Source: a virus
Taxonomy: Duplodnaviria > Caudoviricetes
DNA length: 63,028 nt
IMG/VR virus record: IMGVR_UViG_3300035188_000849
Location: 1 to 63,028 of that record
Strand: one strand, 5' to 3'
In this document: positions 34,880 to 45,746 of the stretch, one piece after another
How the letters are laid out: every line of letters begins with the position of its first letter
Numbering within the stretch: the stretch's first letter is position 1
Made by a program: the position numbers and the translations under genes
The notes under the pieces: model-generated
The model's database searches: none
Told to the model about the DNA's origin: nothing
Seen by the model: only the letters and a program-made list of their open reading frames with translations

Positions 34880-34880
34880 C

Positions 34881-35615
34881 ATGACTACAGTTAATATATC
34901 AACAAATTTAGGTTCGCATCCAAACTTTGCTCCTCCAACGTTTGGTGTTATTGATTTTGGTACACCAACTACCGGACCATTTTCTGTTGGTTATAAAATG
35001 ATAGCATTTGAGCCTGGAAAAATTTTACAGGCACAAGAATTAAACGAAATTCAATTTAGAATGAACGTTCACCAAACATTAACCATGCAAATGACTTCAA
35101 ATTGGTTAAATGAAATTATAGTGTTTGGAACCACAGATTCATTTGGTCCTGGGTGGGACGGGGCTACTCCAATTAAACCAAATAATATACTTTATAACAG
35201 ATTAACAGATACTTTATTTTTTGAAAAAAGACAGTGGTATTTGTGTAAAGCAAATTCAAATGGTTTGTTTTTTTGGTTATATTTAAGTGCTACTAATGAA
35301 ATTTTCTATGATGCTTCTGCGGTTTCTCCAAATAATTATATTGGTTTTACTCTAAACACCACAGCAGACGGAGAATATACTGGTGAATTGGTAAATTGCA
35401 ATACTGTTGGAAATATAAATTCTCAGGGAGCAGTAACAAAGCATCAGTTAACTCTTAAAAATTCTTCTGTCTGTGGTTCTTCAAGATATTACTTAAGAAT
35501 AACAGGAATAACAGAATCTGTAAACCAAATAACTAATGAATTTGTAGGAATTGTTCAAAAAAGACAAGACGGTTATTATTACCTAAATAATATTAAAGTA
35601 AGAGAAACCACATAA
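34881..35615 (+). CDS. DUF4815-like virion protein (short)
   Basis: FEPGKILQAQELNEIQ motif. Confidence 0.6.
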   Translation: MTTVNISTNLGSHPNFAPPTFGVIDFGTPTTGPFSVGYKMIAFEPGKILQAQELNEIQFRMNVHQTLTMQMTSNWLNEIIVFGTTDSFGPGWDGATPIKPNNILYNRLTDTLFFEKRQWYLCKANSNGLFFWLYLSATNEIFYDASAVSPNNYIGFTLNTTADGEYTGELVNCNTVGNINSQGAVTKHQLTLKNSSVCGSSRYYLRITGITESVNQITNEFVGIVQKRQDGYYYLNNIKVRETT

Positions 35616-35616
35616 T

Positions 35617-37623
35617 ATGTCAGACTATCCCGGTATAACAACACTTAATTTAGGCAATACCTTTGGTGCTTGGTATAACAAGACAAATGAATTAATAACC
35701 AGAACCAATACACTTCAGGTTGGAAGTATAACAGCCGGTGATGGTTTAATTGTGTCAAAACACCCAAGTATAGCCGGCGGTTATACTCTGTCAATATCAA
35801 ATACTATCAACAAAAATGTGACTTTTTTGGGAGATGTTGATATTCAAGGCACATTGAGTTATGCCTATGGCGGAGAAGCAACAATATCTGCCATTGCGCT
35901 TTCTGTTCCAATAGATTCGGGTATTACAGTTGGAAACATAGTTTATATTGACTCTGACGGAATAGCACAGAAAGCAATTGCAAACGATGAATGCTCTGCC
36001 GAAGTATTGGGAATAGTAGTAGGATTTACTGGCTCTAATGCACAGGTTGCAGTTTCTGGAAAAATATCTGGATCTTCCACCATTGCAAATTTCCTAGGAA
36101 TTACTGGTGGAACTTTACAAAAAGGAACAGTATATTTCTTGAGTTCCGGTATATCTGGAGCAGGAACTACTTTACAACCAAATGCAATAGAGAACGTTTC
36201 AAAACCAGTCTTATTAGGAATAACATCAGATGTTGGAATAATTCTTCCATATAGAGGATTCAAGGGAGTTACTTCAAGTGGTAGTTTCACTAGTTATGGT
36301 GGTTTATGTGGGGGTTATTCTGGACCAATAGTAACAAGCATCAATTCTGCAAATTCATACCGCAGTTCTTCACAAAGAGATTATGAACAGGGAATATCAA
36401 GAACTTCTGGAGATGTACTCGGAATAAATTCGATCACTTATTTTTACGATGGAGGAGAAGGTACTGTTACTATCGATAGTTATGGGCTATTATTTGACAG
36501 GATAAACTATGTGATTCCTTGGGGTGGATTTGCAAATTACATTTCTAATCCTCTTAATTCTGGTAAGCGTGGATGGAGGCAGTCTCAAACAACTTCTGCT
36601 GGAGTTAAAGAAATTGAGTTAGAAGTACCAAAAACAAATATTAAAAGATATAATTTGTTTTCAACTTCTGGAATTACCACAGATGTTTGGAGATTGAAAA
36701 ACATTAAAGTTCATGTGGAAGAGACACCACTAAGGTCTTTTTCATTTTCATTAATTAGAGTTATAAATCGTTTAGGAAACACAAATTATTCATTTAATAC
36801 TAATTCAGACACTTCTGGAGTTGAAGAGGCACCCGGAAAACTCGGAATTAGATTTGGTATTCAAGAAATATCTGGAATAAATGCTAGAGTTTCCGTGAAT
36901 GGTAGTGCAAATTCGATTACCTCTTTAACTATTTTAGAACCAAAAACTATTTTGCCATTTAAAGTTTTCTTTGATGGTGTTACCTATTCTGGTGATGGTT
37001 CTACCGCCGGAGATCTAAGAATTACTCCAAACTGGTCAACATTTAGTGGTGCTATAACAACTAATGATGGTCGCATTTTATACGGTCAACAAAATCCAAC
37101 GCCAGGAAATGGTAAATATCCAATAATATATGGAGCAGAAAATCTCTCTTTGAGCAATCTCGATGATGTAGTTTCTACACTTTCTAACAGAAATTATACA
37201 TGGATCATTAATAGTCACATAGTAGGAAATACTGGAGATCAAAAATTAGTATCAGAAATAATAAAAAGTTCAGTAGAGGGAAATTCGATAGATTTTGATG
37301 GAACTTTGAGTGGAATTACTATGGATACAGCAATTTTAGGATGGAATGCAACTTATGGAGCAGTATCAGAAGGATTATACATTCATTTATATGATTCAGA
37401 AATAACCAAACCAATTGCTGGTATTGGAACAATAGATGGAACTGAACACCAGAAAACTGGAACAATTTATTTGGAAATGACAAAATTAGATATTAATACT
37501 CTAACAGAGTCTGGACCGGTAATAATTCCAGTAAGATTTGAAAGAGATTTACATTATATTAAAAATTCTGGTAAAGATATCACCACAGATAATAGAAGAT
37601 TCCCACCCGGAACAGAACTATGA
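35617..37623 (+). CDS. tail fibre/baseplate-associated structural protein
   Basis: N-terminal TFGAWYNKTNEL; KAIAN...AEVLGIV module. Confidence 0.6.
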   Translation: MSDYPGITTLNLGNTFGAWYNKTNELITRTNTLQVGSITAGDGLIVSKHPSIAGGYTLSISNTINKNVTFLGDVDIQGTLSYAYGGEATISAIALSVPIDSGITVGNIVYIDSDGIAQKAIANDECSAEVLGIVVGFTGSNAQVAVSGKISGSSTIANFLGITGGTLQKGTVYFLSSGISGAGTTLQPNAIENVSKPVLLGITSDVGIILPYRGFKGVTSSGSFTSYGGLCGGYSGPIVTSINSANSYRSSSQRDYEQGISRTSGDVLGINSITYFYDGGEGTVTIDSYGLLFDRINYVIPWGGFANYISNPLNSGKRGWRQSQTTSAGVKEIELEVPKTNIKRYNLFSTSGITTDVWRLKNIKVHVEETPLRSFSFSLIRVINRLGNTNYSFNTNSDTSGVEEAPGKLGIRFGIQEISGINARVSVNGSANSITSLTILEPKTILPFKVFFDGVTYSGDGSTAGDLRITPNWSTFSGAITTNDGRILYGQQNPTPGNGKYPIIYGAENLSLSNLDDVVSTLSNRNYTWIINSHIVGNTGDQKLVSEIIKSSVEGNSIDFDGTLSGITMDTAILGWNATYGAVSEGLYIHLYDSEITKPIAGIGTIDGTEHQKTGTIYLEMTKLDINTLTESGPVIIPVRFERDLHYIKNSGKDITTDNRRFPPGTEL

Positions 37624-38723
37624 CTAACAATCTTTTAATAAACGGAAATTTCGACTTATGGCAAAAAGGAACTACATTTAGTATACCTTGGGACCATCCT
37701 GACAGTTTTACAAGTTACACTGCTCCCAATTTAAAAATAGCAGACAGATGGTATGTTCATGACACACTGGGGCGAGGTGTTGGCAGCACTGGTTCTGTCT
37801 ATTTTTACAGAGAAACATTTTCTCAAAATTCTCAATTCTCATCATTTGCAAATTATTATTTAACCATTCAAAATCAATTAACAGACATTGAAAGTGGTTT
37901 TTTATACATCGAAAACAAACAAGAAGATTGCAAAAAATATTCAAATATTCCTCTCAGTTTTTCGTTTTATGCAAAAACATTGAACGGAGTTACTGGAATA
38001 ACAATGTCATGTTATTACAGACAGGCTATTCACCCAGATAATAAAGAAGTGGGTGTTGTGTTTTCTGAAAACATAGAATTACAGCCACAGTGGAATTTTT
38101 ATTCTTTCAATTTTACACCATTTGCTTCTAATTTTTCTGGAATATCTGGTGATCATTATTTTTCAGTTGGTTTTAGAGCCAACCCAAATTCTAATTTTAG
38201 TATAGCAAATGTTCTTTTACAAGAAAACAAAAACGACAATAATAGTTTTATTTTATTAACAGATCCTGAAGAGGAAAAGAAAAGACAAGAAAAATATTAC
38301 AAAACTTCATATCCAATTGGGTTTACTGCTGGTTCTGTTACTATTACAAACGAAAACGACACATCTGCTGTTTTTATAACAACAACTCCTAATTATTCTA
38401 GTAATTATACCTTCGATGTACCAATGAGAAAAATACCAACGATTACAACATATTCTCCAAAAAGTGGTACACAAAATGATGCTTATAACAAAACTGCCAC
38501 AAAGGATATGAGATTAACATCTGGAACTAGGGGTTGGAATCAAGCAACAAGATTTTCACCAACCGGAGCAGAGACAATTTCTTCTATAGGAAATACATAT
38601 GGCATACAATTTAATATTTCATCCGGTGCAGTAGTTTTTGATGATTTGTTGGTTCATTTTGTTGCGGATGCGGATATTGATACTGGTTCGTCTGATAGAG
38701 GATTAGAAACATTAGATTTTTAA
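37620..38723 (+). CDS. tail fibre-associated protein, carbohydrate-binding-like
   Basis: NLLINGNFDLWQKG, ADRW, LSFSFYAK, VPMRKIPT pattern of phage tail proteins. Confidence 0.65.
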   Translation: MTNNLLINGNFDLWQKGTTFSIPWDHPDSFTSYTAPNLKIADRWYVHDTLGRGVGSTGSVYFYRETFSQNSQFSSFANYYLTIQNQLTDIESGFLYIENKQEDCKKYSNIPLSFSFYAKTLNGVTGITMSCYYRQAIHPDNKEVGVVFSENIELQPQWNFYSFNFTPFASNFSGISGDHYFSVGFRANPNSNFSIANVLLQENKNDNNSFILLTDPEEEKKRQEKYYKTSYPIGFTAGSVTITNENDTSAVFITTTPNYSSNYTFDVPMRKIPTITTYSPKSGTQNDAYNKTATKDMRLTSGTRGWNQATRFSPTGAETISSIGNTYGIQFNISSGAVVFDDLLVHFVADADIDTGSSDRGLETLDF

Positions 38724-38735
38724 AAGAGGATATAA

Positions 38736-39956
38736 ATGTCATCTTGCACAAATAATTCAATAATCTCCGCAACATTTGTTCCCTCAACAGACGCCACTAA
38801 TGGCAGAAGAATTTCCTTTCAACAAAAAACAGATACTAACTGGGACCCAACCATTCAAGCCGGTAATGTAATTAGATTCGATGTTGACGAAGTAATTTTT
38901 ACAAAGTCAATAGCAAATCCATATATTAATGAAGAACCAGATTTGTCTGTTGCAGAAGTTGTTGGTATAGTAGAATCTATATCACAAATAAACGGAGTTA
39001 CTTATGCCACTGTAGTAACACATGGTTTGATAAACTATCCAGGTCTAACTTTTAATTCTACTGATGGTGGTGCTGGTGGCACTGATATATTCTTTCTCAG
39101 TCCGACTACTTTAGGTGGAATAACATCAGGAGTAGAAGAAAGCCGTGGTTATGTTATAAAACCTGTTCTTCAGGTTTGTCCTGTTTCTGAAACAGATTAT
39201 AACAGCATAGTTGTAAACTACCTTGGTTATGAATCTTCTGAATCAGAAGCAGCCACTCTTAGACTTGGTGAATCAACAGTAGGAGATATAAAGGTTGTAG
39301 ATGCAAATGCAGAATTGCCAAGAGGATGGATAGAGGGAAGTCTTCCACAATATCTTCCTGTAAGGGAATACTCAGAGGCATATCAAATTTATTCAACAAC
39401 ATATGGTTCACACGAAACATTAACAGTAAATGGAACTTCTAGTTTTGTTTCGTCATTATTAAACGCATCAATAAGACCAATAGATCCAACAACTGGTAGA
39501 GGGGTTCAAAATTTCTTTAAAGTAATTTCTGTTGACACCTTAACTAATAAAATAGTAACAGAACACACAACAAATAAACATGAATTTTGGAAACCACAAT
39601 ATACCAAATATGAAATATTAAACTATGTGTCTCCTCAACCAGCGTTACCAAATGATAGGCCAACTATAGTCCGTATAAATGTTACAAACGGAGAAATAAC
39701 ACATTTTAAAACTCCAAAAATTGAAACTAATTTAGTTGTAAATTCAGGAAACGAAGATCAATTGGTATCATTTAATACAAAGACACTATTGAGAGTTAAA
39801 AGAGATACTTCTGCCGCTTATTTACCAGAACAAATATTGTTTACTAATGTGGATGTTGGTGGAGTAATAAAAACCAAAAATATTTCAGATTTGGATCAAA
39901 AACTAGTAGAAATTGAGACAAGAATAGTTGCATTAGAACAAGCGTTAGGATTATAA
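38736..39956 (+). CDS. tail fibre-associated structural protein
   Basis: AEVVGIV module shared with 35617..37623; collar-like VGDIK...LPRGW; C-terminal coiled coil. Confidence 0.6.
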   Translation: MSSCTNNSIISATFVPSTDATNGRRISFQQKTDTNWDPTIQAGNVIRFDVDEVIFTKSIANPYINEEPDLSVAEVVGIVESISQINGVTYATVVTHGLINYPGLTFNSTDGGAGGTDIFFLSPTTLGGITSGVEESRGYVIKPVLQVCPVSETDYNSIVVNYLGYESSESEAATLRLGESTVGDIKVVDANAELPRGWIEGSLPQYLPVREYSEAYQIYSTTYGSHETLTVNGTSSFVSSLLNASIRPIDPTTGRGVQNFFKVISVDTLTNKIVTEHTTNKHEFWKPQYTKYEILNYVSPQPALPNDRPTIVRINVTNGEITHFKTPKIETNLVVNSGNEDQLVSFNTKTLLRVKRDTSAAYLPEQILFTNVDVGGVIKTKNISDLDQKLVEIETRIVALEQALGL

Positions 39957-39957
39957 A

Positions 39958-42804
39958 ATGGCTTCAATACGGGGTAGTAGCCAATTTAGACAGTTAAAGG
40001 GAGCAACCGTATTTGGTATAACCGGACCTGTAGGGCCCACAGGTGCAACCGGAGCAAATAATCCAGGACCAACTGGTGCTACTTCTGAAAAATATGCCAT
40101 AGACATAGATATCACTGGTTCTTATATTTTAAGAACTCAGTTCTATGATGGTGATCGTATAGCGGCATCTGGAAAATTATACGGCATAACAGGAAATACA
40201 GTAGTAATATTAGATGGTAAAACCGGACCTACTGGTAGTGGATATGTTTTTGCAGGATCATCTGCTGCAAATAGAGAAGTAACACTAAGAGGAATAACTG
40301 GGAGCACTGGATTTAGAGCATTTGTTGGGGTTACTTCAGACAATGAAACAATAACAATTTTTGTTGAAAAATATGATGGTGAATATACTCTTTTCTCTGG
40401 AACATTTACAGACATAATTGCAACAGATAATTCTTTAAATTTAATTGGAATTACTTCTGCAAAATATGGAGAGTTTACTCAAACTCTATTGATAAGAAAA
40501 GCAAATGTTTTTGAAAAAGTAAAATCTCAAGCAGGAAATACAGGATCTCTTACATATACTGCTCAACAATTTGGTTCGTTTCCTATTGAAACTTTAAACA
40601 TTAATTTAGATCCTGTTAATTCTTATAACAACAATAAAGATAGAAATTCTAGATCAAAGGTATTTTCTATTGACTTAAATTCATTTGGCTACCAATTAAT
40701 ACAAATAAACATAACAGACCCACCAGTAGATGAACCAATTGGTTTTAGTCTTCATTTACAAAATGGTCCAGGATATAATCCTTCAAGTGTATCAACAGAA
40801 ACAGTTTTATTTAAATCTGTTAGTGGTAAGCCAATTCAATTTCCATTAAATAAACAGCCATGTGTTTATCTACAGAATAAAAGTTATGTAATTCATTTTG
40901 TTTCAATAAAAGATACATGGTATGCATATGTGTTTGGAAGCGATTCTGGAGATGAATCTTTTTTCTGTGATAGTGAAGAATATTTTGCTTATTCATCAAA
41001 TCAATCTAATGTACTAAATGATTATTATGGAATAACTGGTGCATGTTGTACTCCAACTGGTTGTACTTTAACAACACTTTATGGTTGCACTGGATACTTT
41101 GTAGGAGCCGGTAGTACCTGTGGAACAATAGGAACTAATAGTATCTGTTCTGAGCAACTGGGTTCATGTTGTGTTAAAAACATAGTTGATGGAAAAGTAA
41201 ATCAATATTGTATTGATGATATTAGTGCAATTGATTGTCTTTCTTTGAGAGATAATTCAACAGACACAACTTTTGGTGGTATTGGAAAAACATGTTTAGA
41301 TTTAAATTGTTCAAATTCGTTTGATACTATTGGTGGCTGTTGTGATGGGTTTGGCAATTGTTCTGAGTTAGAAGAAACTCAATGTATTTTAAGTGGCGGA
41401 AACTACTTGGGTGATGGAGTTTTATGTTATTCTGAAAATAAACAACCAACTTGTTCAACTGGTATTGGTGCTTGTTGCAAATCTGGAATATGCACAGAAG
41501 AAACAATAACTAGTTGCTTACAGTCTGGGGGCAGATACTATGGCTCTGGTATAAGTTGTGGAGATGTCATGTGTTCTGCTGCATCTCTTTCGTGTGGTGA
41601 ATCTATAGGAGTTCCCATTAAGCCAGGAGATGTTATTGGTGGTGGTGTTGTTGTTGGCATTTACAACCCAAAACAATCTAAATTACTGGGAGCAGCACAT
41701 GCGTTTTCTTCTACCGGAATTACATCAACCTTCATGTTTGGCGGAGAAACCTTAGCAAAGTATTATCAAAGTGAAATTGATTATGTTGGTTATGGTTTAA
41801 CCGGAGAACAATGCGATGTTACAACAGGACAGCAATTAGATTCATATTATTTGATTGTTTCTTTGAATCATGCCGCAGTTAATTCTAACGGAGATTTGAT
41901 TAATCCAACTGAAGAAAGTTCTTCAAAGGAACAATTTGTTTGGTACGGATCTGGCATTGGTTGGGGTCCAATTTTAAATCTTCAAACTTATAGACCTGAT
42001 GATTTTACATTTTTGAACCAAACTTATGATTCTCTTTATATGAGATATGGAGAGGGTTATTATGGAATAACCGGGGAATCTTTAGACATAATAATAGAAA
42101 CTACATTCCAAACCTGTTATGAGACTAGAAAAAACGGAACTGATCCAGTTGCTAGACTATTTACTAGAAATATAAAAACATCAAATGGTATATGGAACAG
42201 AAACTGGGGGTTGTACAATACTATTCGCATGATTTCCGCTGATAACGCACATTACTTAAAATTAAAGAAATCTGGAATTTACACAGAAACTGATTTTGAT
42301 TGTGGGCAGAATATAACTTCTATTCAAGTGTGTAGTTTGTTTGATTCTACTGATACAACAAACTCGGTTGGTTTGACAGCAAATCCATCTGGATTGTCTG
42401 ATTGGTATTTACCAAGTCATGATGAACTTGCTTTTATTGCCGCTAATGTTGTTACAGATTCTACAAATTCTTATAATGGTTTTGATCTGAATTCAGCAAT
42501 TCTTCAACAAAACGGAACTCCAATTTATGGCTGGTATTGGTCTTCTACTGGATCTTTTGATATAACTAATAAAGAAGAGGGAGTTTATATTAATGGAAAA
42601 CCAAATCATGGATCTGTTGCGTGGGCAATTTATTTTGATGAAAATGGATCTTCCTCTAATTTTAAGGTAAAAAAAGAAGACAGACAAAAAGAATTAAAGG
42701 TTAGACCAATACGAGCAATTCGATGTGATGGAGTTATTCCAAATACAAATAAACCAGAATATAAATTATGGAAATTACCAAAATTATTAAGAGATAATAT
42801 CTAA
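39958..42804 (+). CDS. Cys-rich fibre-like protein: collagen-like N-terminus, GACC repeats, Lcl/DUF1566-like C-terminus
   Basis: GPVGPTGATG; GACC/GSCC repeats; DWYLPSHDEL, YWSST, AWAIYF, VRPIR. Confidence 0.7.
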   Translation: MASIRGSSQFRQLKGATVFGITGPVGPTGATGANNPGPTGATSEKYAIDIDITGSYILRTQFYDGDRIAASGKLYGITGNTVVILDGKTGPTGSGYVFAGSSAANREVTLRGITGSTGFRAFVGVTSDNETITIFVEKYDGEYTLFSGTFTDIIATDNSLNLIGITSAKYGEFTQTLLIRKANVFEKVKSQAGNTGSLTYTAQQFGSFPIETLNINLDPVNSYNNNKDRNSRSKVFSIDLNSFGYQLIQINITDPPVDEPIGFSLHLQNGPGYNPSSVSTETVLFKSVSGKPIQFPLNKQPCVYLQNKSYVIHFVSIKDTWYAYVFGSDSGDESFFCDSEEYFAYSSNQSNVLNDYYGITGACCTPTGCTLTTLYGCTGYFVGAGSTCGTIGTNSICSEQLGSCCVKNIVDGKVNQYCIDDISAIDCLSLRDNSTDTTFGGIGKTCLDLNCSNSFDTIGGCCDGFGNCSELEETQCILSGGNYLGDGVLCYSENKQPTCSTGIGACCKSGICTEETITSCLQSGGRYYGSGISCGDVMCSAASLSCGESIGVPIKPGDVIGGGVVVGIYNPKQSKLLGAAHAFSSTGITSTFMFGGETLAKYYQSEIDYVGYGLTGEQCDVTTGQQLDSYYLIVSLNHAAVNSNGDLINPTEESSSKEQFVWYGSGIGWGPILNLQTYRPDDFTFLNQTYDSLYMRYGEGYYGITGESLDIIIETTFQTCYETRKNGTDPVARLFTRNIKTSNGIWNRNWGLYNTIRMISADNAHYLKLKKSGIYTETDFDCGQNITSIQVCSLFDSTDTTNSVGLTANPSGLSDWYLPSHDELAFIAANVVTDSTNSYNGFDLNSAILQQNGTPIYGWYWSSTGSFDITNKEEGVYINGKPNHGSVAWAIYFDENGSSSNFKVKKEDRQKELKVRPIRAIRCDGVIPNTNKPEYKLWKLPKLLRDNI

Positions 42805-45743
42805 TGCCATCAATCGGTTCATCTTCAATTTTAAGAGGTCTGGTAATAGGAAATTCAACCTATATTACTGGACCAACTGGCCCAACAGGGCCCACTGGTG
42901 CAACCGGACTGTCTATAACCGGACCAACAGGACCAGATGGTATAAAATTTGAATCAATAGAATTGGTTGGAAATACACTACACATAAATTATAGCGATGA
43001 TAATGTTTTTTATATTGGTGTTACTGGACCATCTGGTAGTTTAAAAAGATTAGATAATCCAAATTTTATTGTATCTTTTACTGGTGCTTCTGAATTTGTA
43101 AATCCATTTGCTGGAATATCTTTAAATGATCCATATCTCTTTTATTTTAAAACACTCAAAGTAGTAGGAGAGGCAACTGCTGGTATTAGTTTAGATTCAA
43201 TTTATATTGCTAGTCCAATTTTTCCAGATTTGGTTCCACCAGCATATCCAGTAGGACCAACTGGTTCTTTGTTATATGTAAATGCAACCAATGCCTCACT
43301 AATAGATTTTACAAAAGATACTCATACAAAATATTTTAGATCAATAATTTCTAGACAGCCCGGAAGCGAATTGGGAATTACTCTTGATACTTTCTCTTTT
43401 AAAGAAAGCCAAGATTATATAACCCAATTTAAAAATAATCAAAATTTTAATTTTAACTGGTACAATACAACAAAAACCAATATAGATTCTTATCTTAATT
43501 CAGTTGATGTTACTTATTCAATTTTGCCATGTGGAATAACTGGAACATGTCAAAGAACAGATCAATCTATTTTTATATTTGCAAGAGATGAAGATAGAAA
43601 TGTTTATCCCAAAATGTCGTTTAGAGCAGAGGGTATAACACTATATCCAACTTCCTCTGGATTGACTGGCTACACCGGACCTCTGACTATTAATGTCGTA
43701 GGAAAAGGAATAACTTATACTTCTCAAACATATTCTTCATCTAGGATAGGATCTTGTTGTTATTGTAGTGTAGATGCAGAGTCACAAGACCCTAGTTTGG
43801 TTCAGAGATCTTGTATAGACTATGCAACACAAGATTTTTGCAATTCAATAAATGGAAATTTTAGTTTTAACTCGTGTACATCGAGATATCTGACTGGAGA
43901 TTGTTATTCTGGTGGTGCGTGCTGTGTTAATGGAACATGCCTAGAAACAAATAAAGAATTTTGTGAAAAAGTTTATGGAACATTTTATTCTAATATTAGA
44001 TGTTCCGAATTAGATGGATGTCCTAATACTTGTTCCTTAGAGGCTTCTTGTTGTGTAGAAGGAAACTGTTATTCACTTCCAAGTGGAGAATCTTCTGAAC
44101 AGATTTGCCGACAACTCAATGGAAAGTATTCAGAAGAATCATGCGAGGACAGAAATTGCTGTTTAGATGGATTTTTAGGAGCATGTTGTTTTGGTTCTAC
44201 AGACTGTAAGGATGATTACACACCAAAACAATGTGCAGAAGAGAACGGGTTTTATCAAGGAGCAGGAAGTTTGTGTTCTGCCTCAACCTGTTGCAAAGAT
44301 ACTTTACAACAAAGTCAATCTTTAAATTTTCAAACACAAGAAAGTAGAGATATTAACTTTGACATAAAAGTTGGTGATTACTTTGAGGGTGGAATTGTAG
44401 CAGGATTTGTTGGTTATCCACCCCCAAGCCAATTTGTCGAAGATTTATATTTTGCAAAGGGCGAAGTAATATCTGAAATAGAAAACTATACAAATACTTC
44501 TGTCTCTCGTTATGTTGCCGTTAATGGTGTCTATAATGGAAGTTTAAAATGCAATTGTTCTAATTTTTCACCATCACGGTATATCACCATAGAAGATTTA
44601 GGAAAATCAAATGGAAAAGCAGTTGCATCTGCCATTAAATCTTTATCCGGTGTTAATGATCAATTGAACTTAACATTCTACAACCGTTTAACTGATGCTT
44701 GTTTGTTGGATGAAGGAAAAGTATGTAATTTTAAATCTGTAGAAAGTAAAAAATACGGATTTAATCCGGTACTTGCTTATAAAAAATTATCTCAACAAAT
44801 TCACGGGGAAAGCATACCAAGTGCTTGGGTTTTAATTGTTGCACCGGAAGATTTTGGCACAGAAAATTTATCTTTTGGAATGAGCATGTCAGTAAACGGA
44901 TATGCGGTTCCATCTGGATTTGAAACATTTAAAGATTCTTTGTGGCAAGATATGATGATTGCACCATATGGAACCAGTGTATTTGATGGACTAATTAATA
45001 CCAGATTGTTTGATTACACTACAATTGAAAGAAATACTTGGTTCATTCCATCAAATTATACTTTATCTGGAAGTCTACAAACAATAGATCCTCTAGCATA
45101 TTACAGATTCAAACACCCTAAACTTAACTACTGGTCAGCAGATATTAATCAACAACTATTAACCACAAACTCAGAGTATTTTAAAGAAAAATACAGAGAT
45201 ATGTGGAATTCTGTAAATACAGAAACTACGGCTTTATATCAAATTAGTAATAAAAATAAAAACGGTTATAATGGTTACTCTGATTGGTATATTCCAAGTG
45301 CTCTGGAATTAAACATTATATACTATAATTTAAACAAAATAAACAATGGAATTGTATATAACTCAGAAAGTACATGGAGAACTATTTCAAATACTGCCAA
45401 ATATTGGACATCAACAACTGGTGGTAAGTTAACAAATGTTAAAAACTATGTCTCTGGAAACTCCGGAGTAAAAACATACGAACAATATGATAACAATCTA
45501 GAGGGTATAATAACAACCGGAATTCCAGAAGTTGATTCTTGGAGAAGATATAAACTTGCACAGGCGCATAGGGCATATTCTCAAAACTTTTTGTCTGGAA
45601 AAATGGAATCTATTTTAAAAACCACAAGAGGAGCAAAATTAAGGGCTTGCAGAATGGTTCCTATATATTTTAAACCTGTCAATTTAGAAAATCAATTTGA
45701 ATATAGTTTTAAAACATTGAATAGTTGCTCATCCTGTAGGTAA
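42804..45743 (+). CDS. Cys-rich fibre-like protein with the same architecture
   Basis: GPTGPTGPTGATG; GSCC/GACC repeats; GYSDWYIPSALEL, YWTST, LRACR. Confidence 0.7.
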   Translation: MPSIGSSSILRGLVIGNSTYITGPTGPTGPTGATGLSITGPTGPDGIKFESIELVGNTLHINYSDDNVFYIGVTGPSGSLKRLDNPNFIVSFTGASEFVNPFAGISLNDPYLFYFKTLKVVGEATAGISLDSIYIASPIFPDLVPPAYPVGPTGSLLYVNATNASLIDFTKDTHTKYFRSIISRQPGSELGITLDTFSFKESQDYITQFKNNQNFNFNWYNTTKTNIDSYLNSVDVTYSILPCGITGTCQRTDQSIFIFARDEDRNVYPKMSFRAEGITLYPTSSGLTGYTGPLTINVVGKGITYTSQTYSSSRIGSCCYCSVDAESQDPSLVQRSCIDYATQDFCNSINGNFSFNSCTSRYLTGDCYSGGACCVNGTCLETNKEFCEKVYGTFYSNIRCSELDGCPNTCSLEASCCVEGNCYSLPSGESSEQICRQLNGKYSEESCEDRNCCLDGFLGACCFGSTDCKDDYTPKQCAEENGFYQGAGSLCSASTCCKDTLQQSQSLNFQTQESRDINFDIKVGDYFEGGIVAGFVGYPPPSQFVEDLYFAKGEVISEIENYTNTSVSRYVAVNGVYNGSLKCNCSNFSPSRYITIEDLGKSNGKAVASAIKSLSGVNDQLNLTFYNRLTDACLLDEGKVCNFKSVESKKYGFNPVLAYKKLSQQIHGESIPSAWVLIVAPEDFGTENLSFGMSMSVNGYAVPSGFETFKDSLWQDMMIAPYGTSVFDGLINTRLFDYTTIERNTWFIPSNYTLSGSLQTIDPLAYYRFKHPKLNYWSADINQQLLTTNSEYFKEKYRDMWNSVNTETTALYQISNKNKNGYNGYSDWYIPSALELNIIYYNLNKINNGIVYNSESTWRTISNTAKYWTSTTGGKLTNVKNYVSGNSGVKTYEQYDNNLEGIITTGIPEVDSWRRYKLAQAHRAYSQNFLSGKMESILKTTRGAKLRACRMVPIYFKPVNLENQFEYSFKTLNSCSSCR

Positions 45744-45746
45744 AAT